A stretch of 43,266 nucleotides of DNA from an uncultured Candidatus Saccharibacteria bacterium (GTDB lineage: Bacteria > Patescibacteriota > Minisyncoccia > Minisyncoccales > RBG-13-42-11): assembly GCA_964481125.1 (NCBI GenBank), contig CAYZSL010000004.1:1-43266 (forward strand), given 5' to 3'. Both the position numbers and the translations under genes were made by a program. The notes beneath the pieces are model-generated. The model was given only the letters and a program-made list of their open reading frames with translations. It made no database searches and was not told the DNA's origin. Of this stretch, positions 10,663 to 17,664 are shown in pieces. Positions within the stretch are counted from its first letter, which is position 1; every line of letters starts with the position of its first letter.

Positions 10663-12574
10663 TTTGAATTATTGTTTTAATAGTTTCAACTGTTTCCGGA
10701 TTTGCCAAAGTGGACAAATCCCCCAATTCTTCTCCGCTGAACAACTTCCTTAAAATTCTCCTCATTATCTTTCCTGATCTGGTCTTTGGCAGATCTTCAA
10801 CCAGATAAATTTCCTTAGGCATGGCAATCGGCCCTATTTCCTGCTTAATATGCCCTATCACTTCCTCTTTTACCTGGTCAGCCGGTTTCTGTCCCTTGTA
10901 AGCCACGAAAGCCAAAGGCACCTCGCCCTTTATCTCGTCAGGCACCCCGATAACAGCGCATTCGGTAATGTCAGGATGCTGGTTGATAGCTGCTTCCAGT
11001 TCTCCAGTAGAAACCCTGTGGCCTGCCACTTTAATAACATCATCAACCCTGCCGACAATCCTGATCAACCCGTTCTCATCCTTGAAAGCGCCATCTGAAG
11101 TGAAATATATTTCCTTTCCGTACTGGCTCCAGTAAGTATCCAGGTATTTTTCAGGATTTTTGTAAACTCCCCTCAATAATCCGGGGGCAAAAGGCGGGAA
11201 TAAAACCAAGTTTCCCTTTTCATTGACAGAACAAGTTTTCCCCTCTTTATTCAAAATATCAAACTTCAATCCAGGAAAAGGCAAACCAGTAAAGGCTGAC
11301 TTAAAAGGACCAATTCCCGGCAAAGAAGTAATCAATATTCCGCCTGTTTCTGTCTGCCACCAGGTATCAACGATCGGACACTTTTCCTTGCCGATTTCTC
11401 TGAAATACCAAAGCCAAGCAGACTCGTCTATCGGCTCCCCGACCGAACCTAAAAGCCGTAAAGTGTCCAATTTGCAACTTTTAAAAACTTCTGCTCCGTT
11501 CTTCTCAAACATCCTGATGGCTGTGGGAGCGGTGTAAAAAACAGTCACTTTATAATCGTCAATCATCTTTGCCCATCTGTCAGGACTAGGAGAAATTATC
11601 AACCCTTCAAAAATAACAAAGGTTGCCCCACACAATAAAGGCCCGTAGCAGCTGTAAGTATGGCCGGTAATCCAGCCGACATCAGCTGTTGACCAGAAAA
11701 TATCATTATCATGTAAATCAAATATCCATTTTGAAGTGGCATAGGCCTGAACAGCATAGCCTCCAGTAACATGCAAACAGCCTTTGGGTTTACCTGTTGA
11801 ACCAGAAGTGTAAAGGATGAATAAAGGATCTTCTGCATCCATTGATTCAGCCTCGCAGGAATCTTTTTCGTCTTTAACCAATTCATGCCACCATAAATCC
11901 CTGCTTTCCTGCCAATTCACCTCATTGCCAGCTCTTTTAACCACCACTGTTTTTTTAACAGCCGTATCTTTCAATGATTTGTCAGCGCCATTCTTCAAAT
12001 TAATCAATTTACCGCTTCTGTAATATCCATCAGCCGTAATCAGGATTTTTGCTTCAGAATCAATCAAGCGGCTCTGGAGTGAACTTGCTGAAAAAGCAGA
12101 AAACACAACTGCATGGACAGCTCCTATTCTAGCGCAGGCTAACATTGAAATTATCACCTCCGGAATCATCGGCATGTATATGCCTACCTTATCGCCCTTT
12201 CCTATCCCTAGTTTTTTCAAGGCATTGGCAAACTTATTCACTTCCCAAAATAATTCCTGGTAAGTAAATGTTTTTGCTTTTTCTTCGGTCGGCTCCGGCT
12301 GCCAAACCAAAGCTACTTTGTCCTTTTTATCCTTTAAATGCCTGTCCAAACAGTTTTCAACGATATTGATTTTGCCGTCTAAAAACCACTTGAAATACGG
12401 CGCCTGGTGTTCAAAAGCTTTTCCCCATTTTTTCTGCCATTGCAATTCTCCAGCCAGCTTTTCCCAGAATTTAGTCTGGTCTTTTGCCGCTTCTCTGTAA
12501 ACCTTATCGTTATTCACCCAGGCTTTTTTCTTGAAATCTTCAGTCGGATAGTATATGTCTCCTTTTTTAATCAT
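10655..12574 (-). CDS. acs: Acetyl-CoA synthetase (AMP-forming)
   Basis: 639 aa with YTSGSTGKPKG, WWQTETGG, PKTRSGKIMRR. Confidence 0.95.
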   Translation of the reverse strand: MIKKGDIYYPTEDFKKKAWVNNDKVYREAAKDQTKFWEKLAGELQWQKKWGKAFEHQAPYFKWFLDGKINIVENCLDRHLKDKKDKVALVWQPEPTEEKAKTFTYQELFWEVNKFANALKKLGIGKGDKVGIYMPMIPEVIISMLACARIGAVHAVVFSAFSASSLQSRLIDSEAKILITADGYYRSGKLINLKNGADKSLKDTAVKKTVVVKRAGNEVNWQESRDLWWHELVKDEKDSCEAESMDAEDPLFILYTSGSTGKPKGCLHVTGGYAVQAYATSKWIFDLHDNDIFWSTADVGWITGHTYSCYGPLLCGATFVIFEGLIISPSPDRWAKMIDDYKVTVFYTAPTAIRMFEKNGAEVFKSCKLDTLRLLGSVGEPIDESAWLWYFREIGKEKCPIVDTWWQTETGGILITSLPGIGPFKSAFTGLPFPGLKFDILNKEGKTCSVNEKGNLVLFPPFAPGLLRGVYKNPEKYLDTYWSQYGKEIYFTSDGAFKDENGLIRIVGRVDDVIKVAGHRVSTGELEAAINQHPDITECAVIGVPDEIKGEVPLAFVAYKGQKPADQVKEEVIGHIKQEIGPIAMPKEIYLVEDLPKTRSGKIMRRILRKLFSGEELGDLSTLANPETVETIKTIIQNG

Positions 12575-12580
12575 TGTTCT

Positions 12581-12586
12581 ATTATA
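12581..12586 (-). promoter_or_regulatory. -10 box TATAAT 6 nt before the acs ATG; predicted leaderless operon start
   Basis: Minus strand reads TATAAT-AGAACA-ATG, with no SD. Confidence 0.55.
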
Positions 12587-12602
12587 ACGTAAATCTTTTA
12601 AA

Positions 12603-12631
12603 CAAAAAAGAGGATAATGGAAAACCCTCTT
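12603..12631 (-). terminator. Intrinsic terminator after the 12664..13026 gene
   Basis: Minus strand stem AAGAGG/CCTCTT followed by TTTTTG. Confidence 0.55.
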
Positions 12632-12632
12632 G

Positions 12633-12655
12633 TTGAACGATATTAAAACCTATTT
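12633..12655 (-). repeat. Inter-cassette element, degenerate copy M
   Basis: Plus strand TTGAACGATATTAAAACCTATTT matches the GAACGATGTTAGAACCTGTTTT core. Confidence 0.4.
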
Positions 12656-12663
12656 GGAAAAAT

Positions 12664-13026
12664 TTATTCTCCAGACTTCTTCTTTTGAAGCCAGTTTACA
12701 AAGAAAAGAATTCCAACGATAAAGGATGGGCCCGATATAAAAGCATACCAGGTCCAGGGACGACCAAGTCCAGCCGCATAAATATAGAAAACGGCAAAAG
12801 CGAAAAAAACAATTGCCCCCACTAAATCATATTTCCAGGAAATTGCAACAACTGCCAGTAAAACAAGCGAAGGCATAAGATGCATAAAAAGCGCAAAAAC
12901 TAAATCCCAGCCAGAATATTCCGTAAAAACATCTAAGGCGAACAAAGATAAGAATAAAACAAATGCTATACTTAAAATTCTTGGCAGCCAATGGATAACT
13001 TTTCTTTTATTTATGGATATATTCAT
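12664..13026 (-). CDS. Integral membrane protein (4 predicted TM), unknown function
   Basis: 120-aa hydrophobic ORF with its own TGGTAGAAT promoter and terminator. Confidence 0.6.
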   Translation of the reverse strand: MNISINKRKVIHWLPRILSIAFVLFLSLFALDVFTEYSGWDLVFALFMHLMPSLVLLAVVAISWKYDLVGAIVFFAFAVFYIYAAGLGRPWTWYAFISGPSFIVGILFFVNWLQKKKSGE

Positions 13027-13032
13027 ATTCTC

Positions 13033-13041
13033 ATTCTACCA
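13033..13041 (-). promoter_or_regulatory. Extended -10 TGGTAGAAT 6 nt before the ATG
   Basis: Minus strand reads GGCAGTTTTTTGGTAGAAT-GAGAAT-ATG. Confidence 0.55.
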
Positions 13042-13071
13042 AAAAACTGCCCAAAACAATAGACGGAATAA

Positions 13072-13113
13072 TTGGCTCCTCTGGGGTTATGGGACGATAT
13101 TGAAACCTGTTTT
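13072..13113 (-). repeat. Inter-cassette element, copy A
   Basis: Plus strand TTGGCTCCTCTGGGGTTATGGGACGATATTGAAACCTGTTTT. Part of an 81-nt block (13033-13113) nearly identical to 15021-15101. Confidence 0.8.
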
Positions 13114-13117
13114 GGGT

Positions 13118-13162
13118 AAAAAAAATACCGCCTCAACTAACTGAATTAGTATATTGGCGGTA
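13118..13162 (-). terminator. Terminator after 13169..13546
   Basis: Stem TACCGCC/GGCGGTA with a large loop, followed by T8 on the minus strand. Confidence 0.5.
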
Positions 13163-13168
13163 ATTATT

Positions 13169-13546
13169 CTAGTTTAAGAGATTAAGAGCGACCAATCCTA
13201 TCACCAACAGATGTAGAAGTTGGTCTATACCGAAAACGATAAGATGAATAAAGTTGTCTTTTTCCTTTTTACCTGTCGCAATCCTAAACTTTATACTTTT
13301 TTTTGCCACCCAAGCAAGAAATTCCCATGTCCAGGGCAAATCAATAAACCAATGGGAAATATAGATAAAAAGGAGCCATGATAAATCAAGCTGGAAATAT
13401 AAAAATTGAGGGATGAAAAAGAGTGTATAAAGAAAGCAATGCAGGAAGAACAACTTTCCCTCTCTAAATCTATGTGTAAGAAAATCTCCTAAACCATGTG
13501 CTATTACACCGAAGAAAATGAACACAGCTACCTCGCAATAATCCAC
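13169..13546 (-). CDS. Membrane protein (possibly DUF3307-like), GTG start
   Basis: 125 aa with HGLGDFLTH and SHWFIDL histidine/aspartate motifs in TM helices. AGGAGG lies 9 nt upstream of the GTG. Confidence 0.5.
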   Translation of the reverse strand: MDYCEVAVFIFFGVIAHGLGDFLTHRFREGKLFFLHCFLYTLFFIPQFLYFQLDLSWLLFIYISHWFIDLPWTWEFLAWVAKKSIKFRIATGKKEKDNFIHLIVFGIDQLLHLLVIGLVALNLLN

Positions 13547-13579
13547 TCCTTATGACCTCCTTTCTTTTGTGCTAATAAA

Positions 13580-13608
13580 ATAATAACACATCTCTGTGTT
13601 ATTGTCAA
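13580..13608 (-). promoter_or_regulatory. TTGACA-17-TATTAT promoter with a palindromic spacer
   Basis: The spacer contains the perfect 8-bp inverted repeat ATAACACA/TGTGTTAT (13583-13602). Confidence 0.5.
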
Positions 13609-13613
13609 AGTAT

Positions 13614-13654
13614 CAGCTCTCCCGGGGCTATGGGGCGACGTTAGAACCTGTTTA
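13614..13654 (-). repeat. Inter-cassette element, copy B
   Basis: Plus strand CAGCTCTCCCGGGGCTATGGGGCGACGTTAGAACCTGTTTA. Confidence 0.75.
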
Positions 13655-13676
13655 ATAAAAACTGTCTAATTAGCGA

Positions 13677-13721
13677 TTAAAAATAGAACGAGGGCAATCC
13701 AATTCATATTGAACTGCCCTC
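13677..13721 (-). terminator. Terminator after 13745..14212
   Basis: Stem GAGGGCA/TGCCCTC, then GTTCTATTTTT on the minus strand. Confidence 0.5.
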
Positions 13722-13744
13722 TTTGGTCGTAGCCTATTACAAAG

Positions 13745-14212
13745 CTATAGCTGCATTTGTTTTGCTGTGATCCTCCCATCAACTTCCAAATGGGCCAGCA
13801 TGACGATGACGTCAATGAGCATTATGGCTATTGCCTCATCTACCCAGCCGAAAGCACCAGACACTCCAACCGCAATGCCATCCCGGTAAGCTCCGCCGGA
13901 ATATAGATAATCCCCTTTTCGCAAGATCCATGGCCTAGCCGCTACGATAGCGCTAGTATTGGTTCTTCCTCGTTCGGCTTCTGCCCGTTTACGCTGTGCG
14001 ATCTTAGCAAAGTTCTTGATCTCGCCCCATTTTGGATTCCATTTTACCATTGTTCCAAAACGGAATTTACTCGCTGGCAAACCATTAATCCTTATGTTTC
14101 CCTCCACGTACTTTGGCCCCCATGTCAGTCCTTGGGTTCTGAGCATTGTTTGAGCTGTTGGTTTAATAAATGCAATAGCCTTCAGAATCATTCCCTCTGT
14201 TATGATTGCCAT
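13745..14212 (-). CDS. GlcG/DUF336-like (heme-degrading-like) protein
   Basis: 155 aa. The C-terminal SGGAYRDGIAVGVSGAFGWVDEAIA resembles the DUF336 GG...G.IGVSG...D..A signature. AAGGAGG lies 6 nt upstream of the ATG. Confidence 0.45.
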   Translation of the reverse strand: MAIITEGMILKAIAFIKPTAQTMLRTQGLTWGPKYVEGNIRINGLPASKFRFGTMVKWNPKWGEIKNFAKIAQRKRAEAERGRTNTSAIVAARPWILRKGDYLYSGGAYRDGIAVGVSGAFGWVDEAIAIMLIDVIVMLAHLEVDGRITAKQMQL

Positions 14213-14249
14213 TTTGAACCTCCTTTTTCAATCTTTGATTTATAACAAA

Positions 14250-14278
14250 ACAATGCCATAAAAATATGGTATTGTCAA
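14250..14278 (-). promoter_or_regulatory. TTGACA-17-CATTGT promoter with a palindromic spacer
   Basis: Inverted repeat CAATACCATA/TATGGCATTG spans 14251-14274. Confidence 0.45.
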
Positions 14279-14282
14279 TAAT

Positions 14283-14319
14283 TTGGCTGGGGCTATGGGG
14301 CGATGTTAGAACCTGTTTT
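14283..14319 (-). repeat. Inter-cassette element, copy C
   Basis: Plus strand TTGGCTGGGGCTATGGGGCGATGTTAGAACCTGTTTT. With the adjacent terminator it forms a ~90-nt block nearly identical to 15071-15155. Confidence 0.8.
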
Positions 14320-14324
14320 GTAAC

Positions 14325-14345
14325 AAAAAACCAGCTAATAGGCTG
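14325..14345 (-). terminator. Terminator after the HAD gene
   Basis: Minus strand CAGCctattaGCTG followed by TTTTTT. Confidence 0.6.
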
Positions 14346-14381
14346 ATTTCTTGTCCTAAATAAATCTTTTTTTAGCCAACG

Positions 14382-15014
14382 CTATTTCCTATCTAAATAT
14401 TCAGAAACGATGGAATCAAGCTCTCTAGGTTTCTCGGCAATACGAAACGGATTGCCTTTTAAAAGATTTTCTTTTTTTTGGAATCCCCAAGTGACTCCTA
14501 TTGATTTTACTTTCATAGTGGCCGCTTCTCTTATATCGCCCAATGTATCTGTAATAAGAATACAATCATCAGGTTTTATCTTATATTCGTCGAAAATCAT
14601 CCTAATCTTTTCACACTTGCTGTTATGAACATCATTGCCCATAATTTTATTAAAAAATAAAGAAAGATTATGCCGATCCATAAAATCACGAATGGGACTG
14701 CTGATAGTAGAAGAAATAATAACAAGTATATATTTTTTTCCGAGTTCCCTTATAACGGTTTTAATTCCCCTTATTGTTTTTATCTTTTTCATTAGAGGAT
14801 CATATAGCTTAAAAAATTCTGTATCAATTCGACGTGTTTCTTCTTCGGAGAGCTTAGTTCTTTTTTTCCAATCATTTATATTTCCGTCAAAAAGTCTTCG
14901 GAAATCATCTTCGGTAACAATCTTAGGGTCGATTATTTTATTTATTTCAAGGGCGATATCGAAAGAATCTGCAATAACTCCATCAAAATCAAAAAGTATA
15001 ATTTTCTTTTTCAT
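14382..15014 (-). CDS. HAD-superfamily hydrolase (phosphatase)
   Basis: Motif I FDFDGVIADS, motif II VIISST, motif IV-like ITDTLGDI. Confidence 0.85.
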   Translation of the reverse strand: MKKKIILFDFDGVIADSFDIALEINKIIDPKIVTEDDFRRLFDGNINDWKKRTKLSEEETRRIDTEFFKLYDPLMKKIKTIRGIKTVIRELGKKYILVIISSTISSPIRDFMDRHNLSLFFNKIMGNDVHNSKCEKIRMIFDEYKIKPDDCILITDTLGDIREAATMKVKSIGVTWGFQKKENLLKGNPFRIAEKPRELDSIVSEYLDRK

Positions 15015-15020
15015 TTTTAA

Positions 15021-15029
15021 ATTCTACCA
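15021..15029 (-). promoter_or_regulatory. Extended -10 TGGTAGAAT 6 nt before the ATG
   Basis: Minus strand reads GGCGGTTTTTTGGTAGAAT-TTAAAA-ATG. Confidence 0.55.
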
Positions 15030-15059
15030 AAAAACCGCCCAAAACAATAGACGGAATAA

Positions 15060-15101
15060 TTGGCTCCTCTGGGGCTATGGGATGATGTTGAAACCTGTTT
15101 T
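15060..15101 (-). repeat. Inter-cassette element, copy D
   Basis: Plus strand TTGGCTCCTCTGGGGCTATGGGATGATGTTGAAACCTGTTTT. Confidence 0.8.
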
Positions 15102-15106
15102 GTAAC

Positions 15107-15128
15107 AAAAAAACCAGCTAATAGGCTG
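15107..15128 (-). terminator. Terminator, duplicate of 14325-14345
   Basis: Minus strand CAGCctattaGCTG followed by TTTTTTT. Confidence 0.6.
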
Positions 15129-15220
15129 ATTTCTTGCCCTAAATAAATCTTCTTTTGAACACTTACTTCGGTATTGGTGGCGGAAAATAATAAGTAAGTA
15201 TCATTGAGACTTCCTTATTA

Positions 15221-15535
15221 TTACGCCACCTTAACTATTTGCAAGTCATTAAGTTTAAACTCTCCTCTATCAATCGGAGAATCATACCGGGCACAACCAT
15301 TAACGTCTCGCTTTATAAATTCTCTGATTACAACAGGAACAGTTAATTTTTTTCCAACTAGCTGATTCCAGTTGGGACTCGGCTCTACCCGAAGAATTCT
15401 TATTGCGGTTTTTCTACCACTAAAATTCCCGCCAAGATGGCCAATTATTTTGCCATCTCTACGGACAAATTCGTGATACTCTTTTACCGCAAATTTCCGC
15501 TCATTTTCTCTTAATTCTAAAATATATTCTGGCAA
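15221..15535 (-). CDS. Hypothetical protein (104 aa from a TTG start; the ORF track begins at 15559)
   Basis: AGGAGG (15542-15547) lies 6 nt upstream of the TTG at 15535, giving (M)PEYILELRENE... No recognisable family. Confidence 0.5.
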   Translation of the reverse strand: MPEYILELRENERKFAVKEYHEFVRRDGKIIGHLGGNFSGRKTAIRILRVEPSPNWNQLVGKKLTVPVVIREFIKRDVNGCARYDSPIDRGEFKLNDLQIVKVA

Positions 15536-15572
15536 AATAATCCTCCTTTCATTTTTCAATTGTTAATAATAA

Positions 15573-15601
15573 ACAATACCACATTTTTTTGGTATTGTCA
15601 A
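15573..15601 (-). promoter_or_regulatory. TTGACA-17-TATTGT promoter with a palindromic spacer
   Basis: Inverted repeat CAATACCA/TGGTATTG spans 15574-15597. Confidence 0.5.
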
Positions 15602-15605
15602 TATG

Positions 15606-15637
15606 CCCCCCCCGGGCTATGGGGCGATGTTGGAACC
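15606..15637 (-). repeat. Inter-cassette element, copy E (preceded by a C8 tract)
   Basis: Plus strand CCCCCCCCGGGCTATGGGGCGATGTTGGAACC. Confidence 0.65.
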
Positions 15638-15681
15638 AAGATTCAACAATCTGGTGGGTTTCACGTGCCAGTCTTGGAAAA

Positions 15682-16068
15682 CTATTTCATATAATCTTTT
15701 TTAGCTTCTTCTGATTCCCCAAGCAAGTTATAGTCAATGGTTATTTCTTCACCTGCTTTAATGTCTTTCAAAGCATAGTAATCGTAATTTTTATGATAAG
15801 CATTAGGTGTTTTAGAATGGTTGAGATACCAACCAATTTCCATACAGCCAAAATCTTTAGGGCAACGCAACATTTCGTCCCTATCTATGCAGTATTCTTG
15901 AAAAAAATTAGGAACGCTTTTCTTTTCTCTTAAACCAGATACTTCTACGGTTTCGTCTCCAAACAATCTAAGATATGTTCCCGCCTTAATGTCGTGAACT
16001 GCAAAAACACCCACGCCGTGTTCGGCAGGTTTAATAATAAAAGAAAACTCTGTTGTCTTGTTTTCCAT
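15682..16068 (-). CDS. SET-domain protein (putative protein-lysine methyltransferase)
   Basis: 128 aa with the SET signatures NHSKTPNA and GEEITIDY. Confidence 0.8.
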   Translation of the reverse strand: MENKTTEFSFIIKPAEHGVGVFAVHDIKAGTYLRLFGDETVEVSGLREKKSVPNFFQEYCIDRDEMLRCPKDFGCMEIGWYLNHSKTPNAYHKNYDYYALKDIKAGEEITIDYNLLGESEEAKKDYMK

Positions 16069-16074
16069 ATTTTT

Positions 16075-16083
16075 ATTCTACCA
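16075..16083 (-). promoter_or_regulatory. Extended -10 TGGTAGAAT 6 nt before the ATG
   Basis: Minus strand reads GGCGGTTTTTTGGTAGAAT-AAAAAT-ATG. Confidence 0.55.
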
Positions 16084-16110
16084 AAAAACCGCCTTATTGA
16101 GAAAGCGGTT
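16083..16110 (-). terminator. Hairpin plus T-run directly abutting the SET promoter
   Basis: Stem AACCGC/GCGGTT followed by TTTTT, which runs into the TGG of the -10. Confidence 0.55.
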
Positions 16111-16114
16111 GGAA

Positions 16115-16146
16115 TTAGCTCGCCAAGTCGGACTTGAACCTGCAAG
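16115..16146 (-). pseudogene. Orphan tRNA 3' fragment (T-loop to acceptor end)
   Basis: Minus strand GGTTCAAGTCCGACTTGGCGAGCTA has a canonical T-loop and 3' acceptor strand. There is no matching 5' half within 300 nt. Confidence 0.6.
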
Positions 16147-16265
16147 TTAAGAGGAAATTTGGGTCATTTGGGGAATGGTACACCCACGCGTCTCGGTCAG
16201 GATATTTTAAGCTAAAATGTAACAAATGTTACACTAGAAAGGGTATGTCGAAATGTCTCATTTTA

Positions 16266-16286
16266 GGACGATGTTAGAATGGGTTT
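16266..16286 (-). repeat. Inter-cassette element, truncated copy F
   Basis: Plus strand GGACGATGTTAGAATGGGTTT retains only the core half. Confidence 0.4.
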
Positions 16287-16289
16287 GCA

Positions 16290-16323
16290 AAAATAAAAGC
16301 TGCTGGGCGAAACCATACAGCTT
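16290..16323 (-). terminator. Terminator after 16354..17013
   Basis: Stem AGCTG/CAGCT followed by TTTTATTTTT on the minus strand. Confidence 0.5.
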
Positions 16324-16353
16324 TTTTGGTTTACTGCGTTAAATTATAGATAA

Positions 16354-17013
16354 CTAACCCACTCTCTCCCAACAAGACGGAGTTCCCCACAAAGATTCAT
16401 GGCAATCGTCGATGAATTCTTTACCTAACCGAGGAGTACAGCCAAAACTTGTTAACCATATGGTTGGTATTTTATTTTCTTTCTCCCATCTACTTCCTGC
16501 CGCCCACAGATAATGCCTTGAGAGAACATCCGTTTGTATGCAAAGAGATATGCTTTCTGCCACGGTTAAAGGAGATCTCCCACTCAAAAGAATCTTTCTG
16601 CAGGCCTTCCTCGTATCGACTCCTTTAGTACGCGTGCCATCTTCAATATTAATGGCATAATAAGGATCAAAATACGTTCGTAAAAAGGGCTGTGAGCCAA
16701 CGGCTTCTATAATAGGGTATCTATCTGACATTATTTGAGGATACACATCGCCTTTTTCCTTTCCGTTTCTTACCATTGTCATAAGCACATCCACGCTGCA
16801 ATGGGCGGGAGTTATAACTGGGATAAATGGAATCCTATTAGGATGAAGCTTAATTTGAAGACAAGCCCCTATCACCCTATCTTGCAGTGATCTTTGTCGC
16901 AAAATATCAATTACTTTTTTAGGACAACCAAGATTTTTAAGGATTTCTATTTGGTTATCAAAGAGCTGAGACAACCTATGTATCTTTTCCATTCCTTTTT
17001 TATTGCTTCTCAC
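16354..17013 (-). CDS. Hypothetical protein, 219 aa, GTG start
   Basis: AGGAGG lies 7 nt upstream of the GTG. No family recognised by eye. Cys/Trp-rich C-terminus (GTPSCWERVG). Confidence 0.55.
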   Translation of the reverse strand: MRSNKKGMEKIHRLSQLFDNQIEILKNLGCPKKVIDILRQRSLQDRVIGACLQIKLHPNRIPFIPVITPAHCSVDVLMTMVRNGKEKGDVYPQIMSDRYPIIEAVGSQPFLRTYFDPYYAINIEDGTRTKGVDTRKACRKILLSGRSPLTVAESISLCIQTDVLSRHYLWAAGSRWEKENKIPTIWLTSFGCTPRLGKEFIDDCHESLWGTPSCWERVG

Positions 17014-17077
17014 GTGTGCACCTCCTTTTTCTATTATTTATAAACTATCATTACACGTAAAAAAAATCAAGTCTTAC

Positions 17078-17098
17078 TAAAAACCGCCCAATGGCGGT
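17078..17098 (-). terminator. Hairpin ACCGCC-attg-GGCGGT plus T5
   Basis: Perfect 6-bp GC stem with a T-run on the minus strand, located between element G and the promoter of 16354..17013. Confidence 0.6.
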
Positions 17099-17118
17099 AA
17101 TTTATTATCCACAAGTAA

Positions 17119-17155
17119 TAGCTCCTCCTGGCCGAGTGATATTAGAACTTATTTT
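17119..17155 (-). repeat. Inter-cassette element, divergent copy G
   Basis: Plus strand TAGCTCCTCCTGGCCGAGTGATATTAGAACTTATTTT. The flank TTATTATCCACAAGT is shared with copy I. Confidence 0.5.
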
Positions 17156-17168
17156 CTGATTAACCAAC

Positions 17169-17193
17169 GAAAAACCCCTTAAAGGGGTTTTTC
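17169..17193 (-). terminator. Terminator after the RRM gene
   Basis: Stem AACCCCTT/AAGGGGTT, T-run on both strands. Confidence 0.7.
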
Positions 17194-17199
17194 AATTTC

Positions 17200-17523
17200 T
17201 TACCAGCGATCTCTGTTACCTCTATCAGATCCTCTGTCACCGCGGTTGAATCCGCCTTGTCTGGGAGCTCTCGGCTCCATAGGACGGGCTTCATTCACCG
17301 TAACGTTCCTGCCATCAATCTCTTTGCCGTTGAACATTTCAATCGCTTTTTGTGCCTCTTCGTCAGTAGACATTTCTACAAAGCCGAATCCTTTTGAACG
17401 GTTGCTCATCCTGTCTATAATGACGGCTGCCGATTCAACTGTTCCAGCTGCGGAAAAAGTTTCCTTTAAAGTGGCATCGGTGGTGTTATAAGATAACCCA
17501 CCTACATATAATTTTTTAGCCAT
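17200..17523 (-). CDS. RRM-type glycine/arginine-rich RNA-binding protein
   Basis: RNP-2 LYVGGL, RNP-1 KGFGFVEM, and an RG-rich tail. Confidence 0.9.
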   Translation of the reverse strand: MAKKLYVGGLSYNTTDATLKETFSAAGTVESAAVIIDRMSNRSKGFGFVEMSTDEEAQKAIEMFNGKEIDGRNVTVNEARPMEPRAPRQGGFNRGDRGSDRGNRDRW

Positions 17524-17635
17524 GTTTATTTTTTATTAATTTTATTATCAGTAAGCCGACCAACTATCTTATTTCTATTCTACGGCTTACTTTTAATAAA
17601 ACCTCAAAAGAAATGCAATAGATACTTACATCATC

Positions 17636-17664
17636 ATAATAGCTTATTCTTAATAAAAAGTCAA
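17636..17664 (-). promoter_or_regulatory. TTGACT-17-TATTAT promoter of the RRM gene, giving a ~105-nt 5' UTR
   Basis: Canonical hexamers. The UTR carries an 8-bp hairpin GTAAGCCG/CGGCTTAC (17551-17590). Confidence 0.55.

Noticed and set aside
13072-15637. A hammerhead-like GATGA...GAAAC in the repeats, and readings of the element as a tRNA 5' or 3' half.
   Set aside because: The CUGAUGA core is not present. No acceptor, D-arm or T-arm pairing could be drawn for the consensus, and only a superficial GGTTC..A / GGAGCCA resemblance remains.
15945-16145. ORF 15945..16145 (-), which spans the SET gene 5' end and its promoter.
   Set aside because: It overlaps the SET start, the TGGTAGAAT promoter and the terminator hairpin. 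It is out of frame with the SET gene and has no support.
16069-16353. A possible complete tRNA or other structured RNA gene in the 285-nt gap.
   Set aside because: Only the 3' T-loop/acceptor segment is tRNA-like. No complementary 5' acceptor strand (GCTCGCC) or D arm exists within 300 nt.
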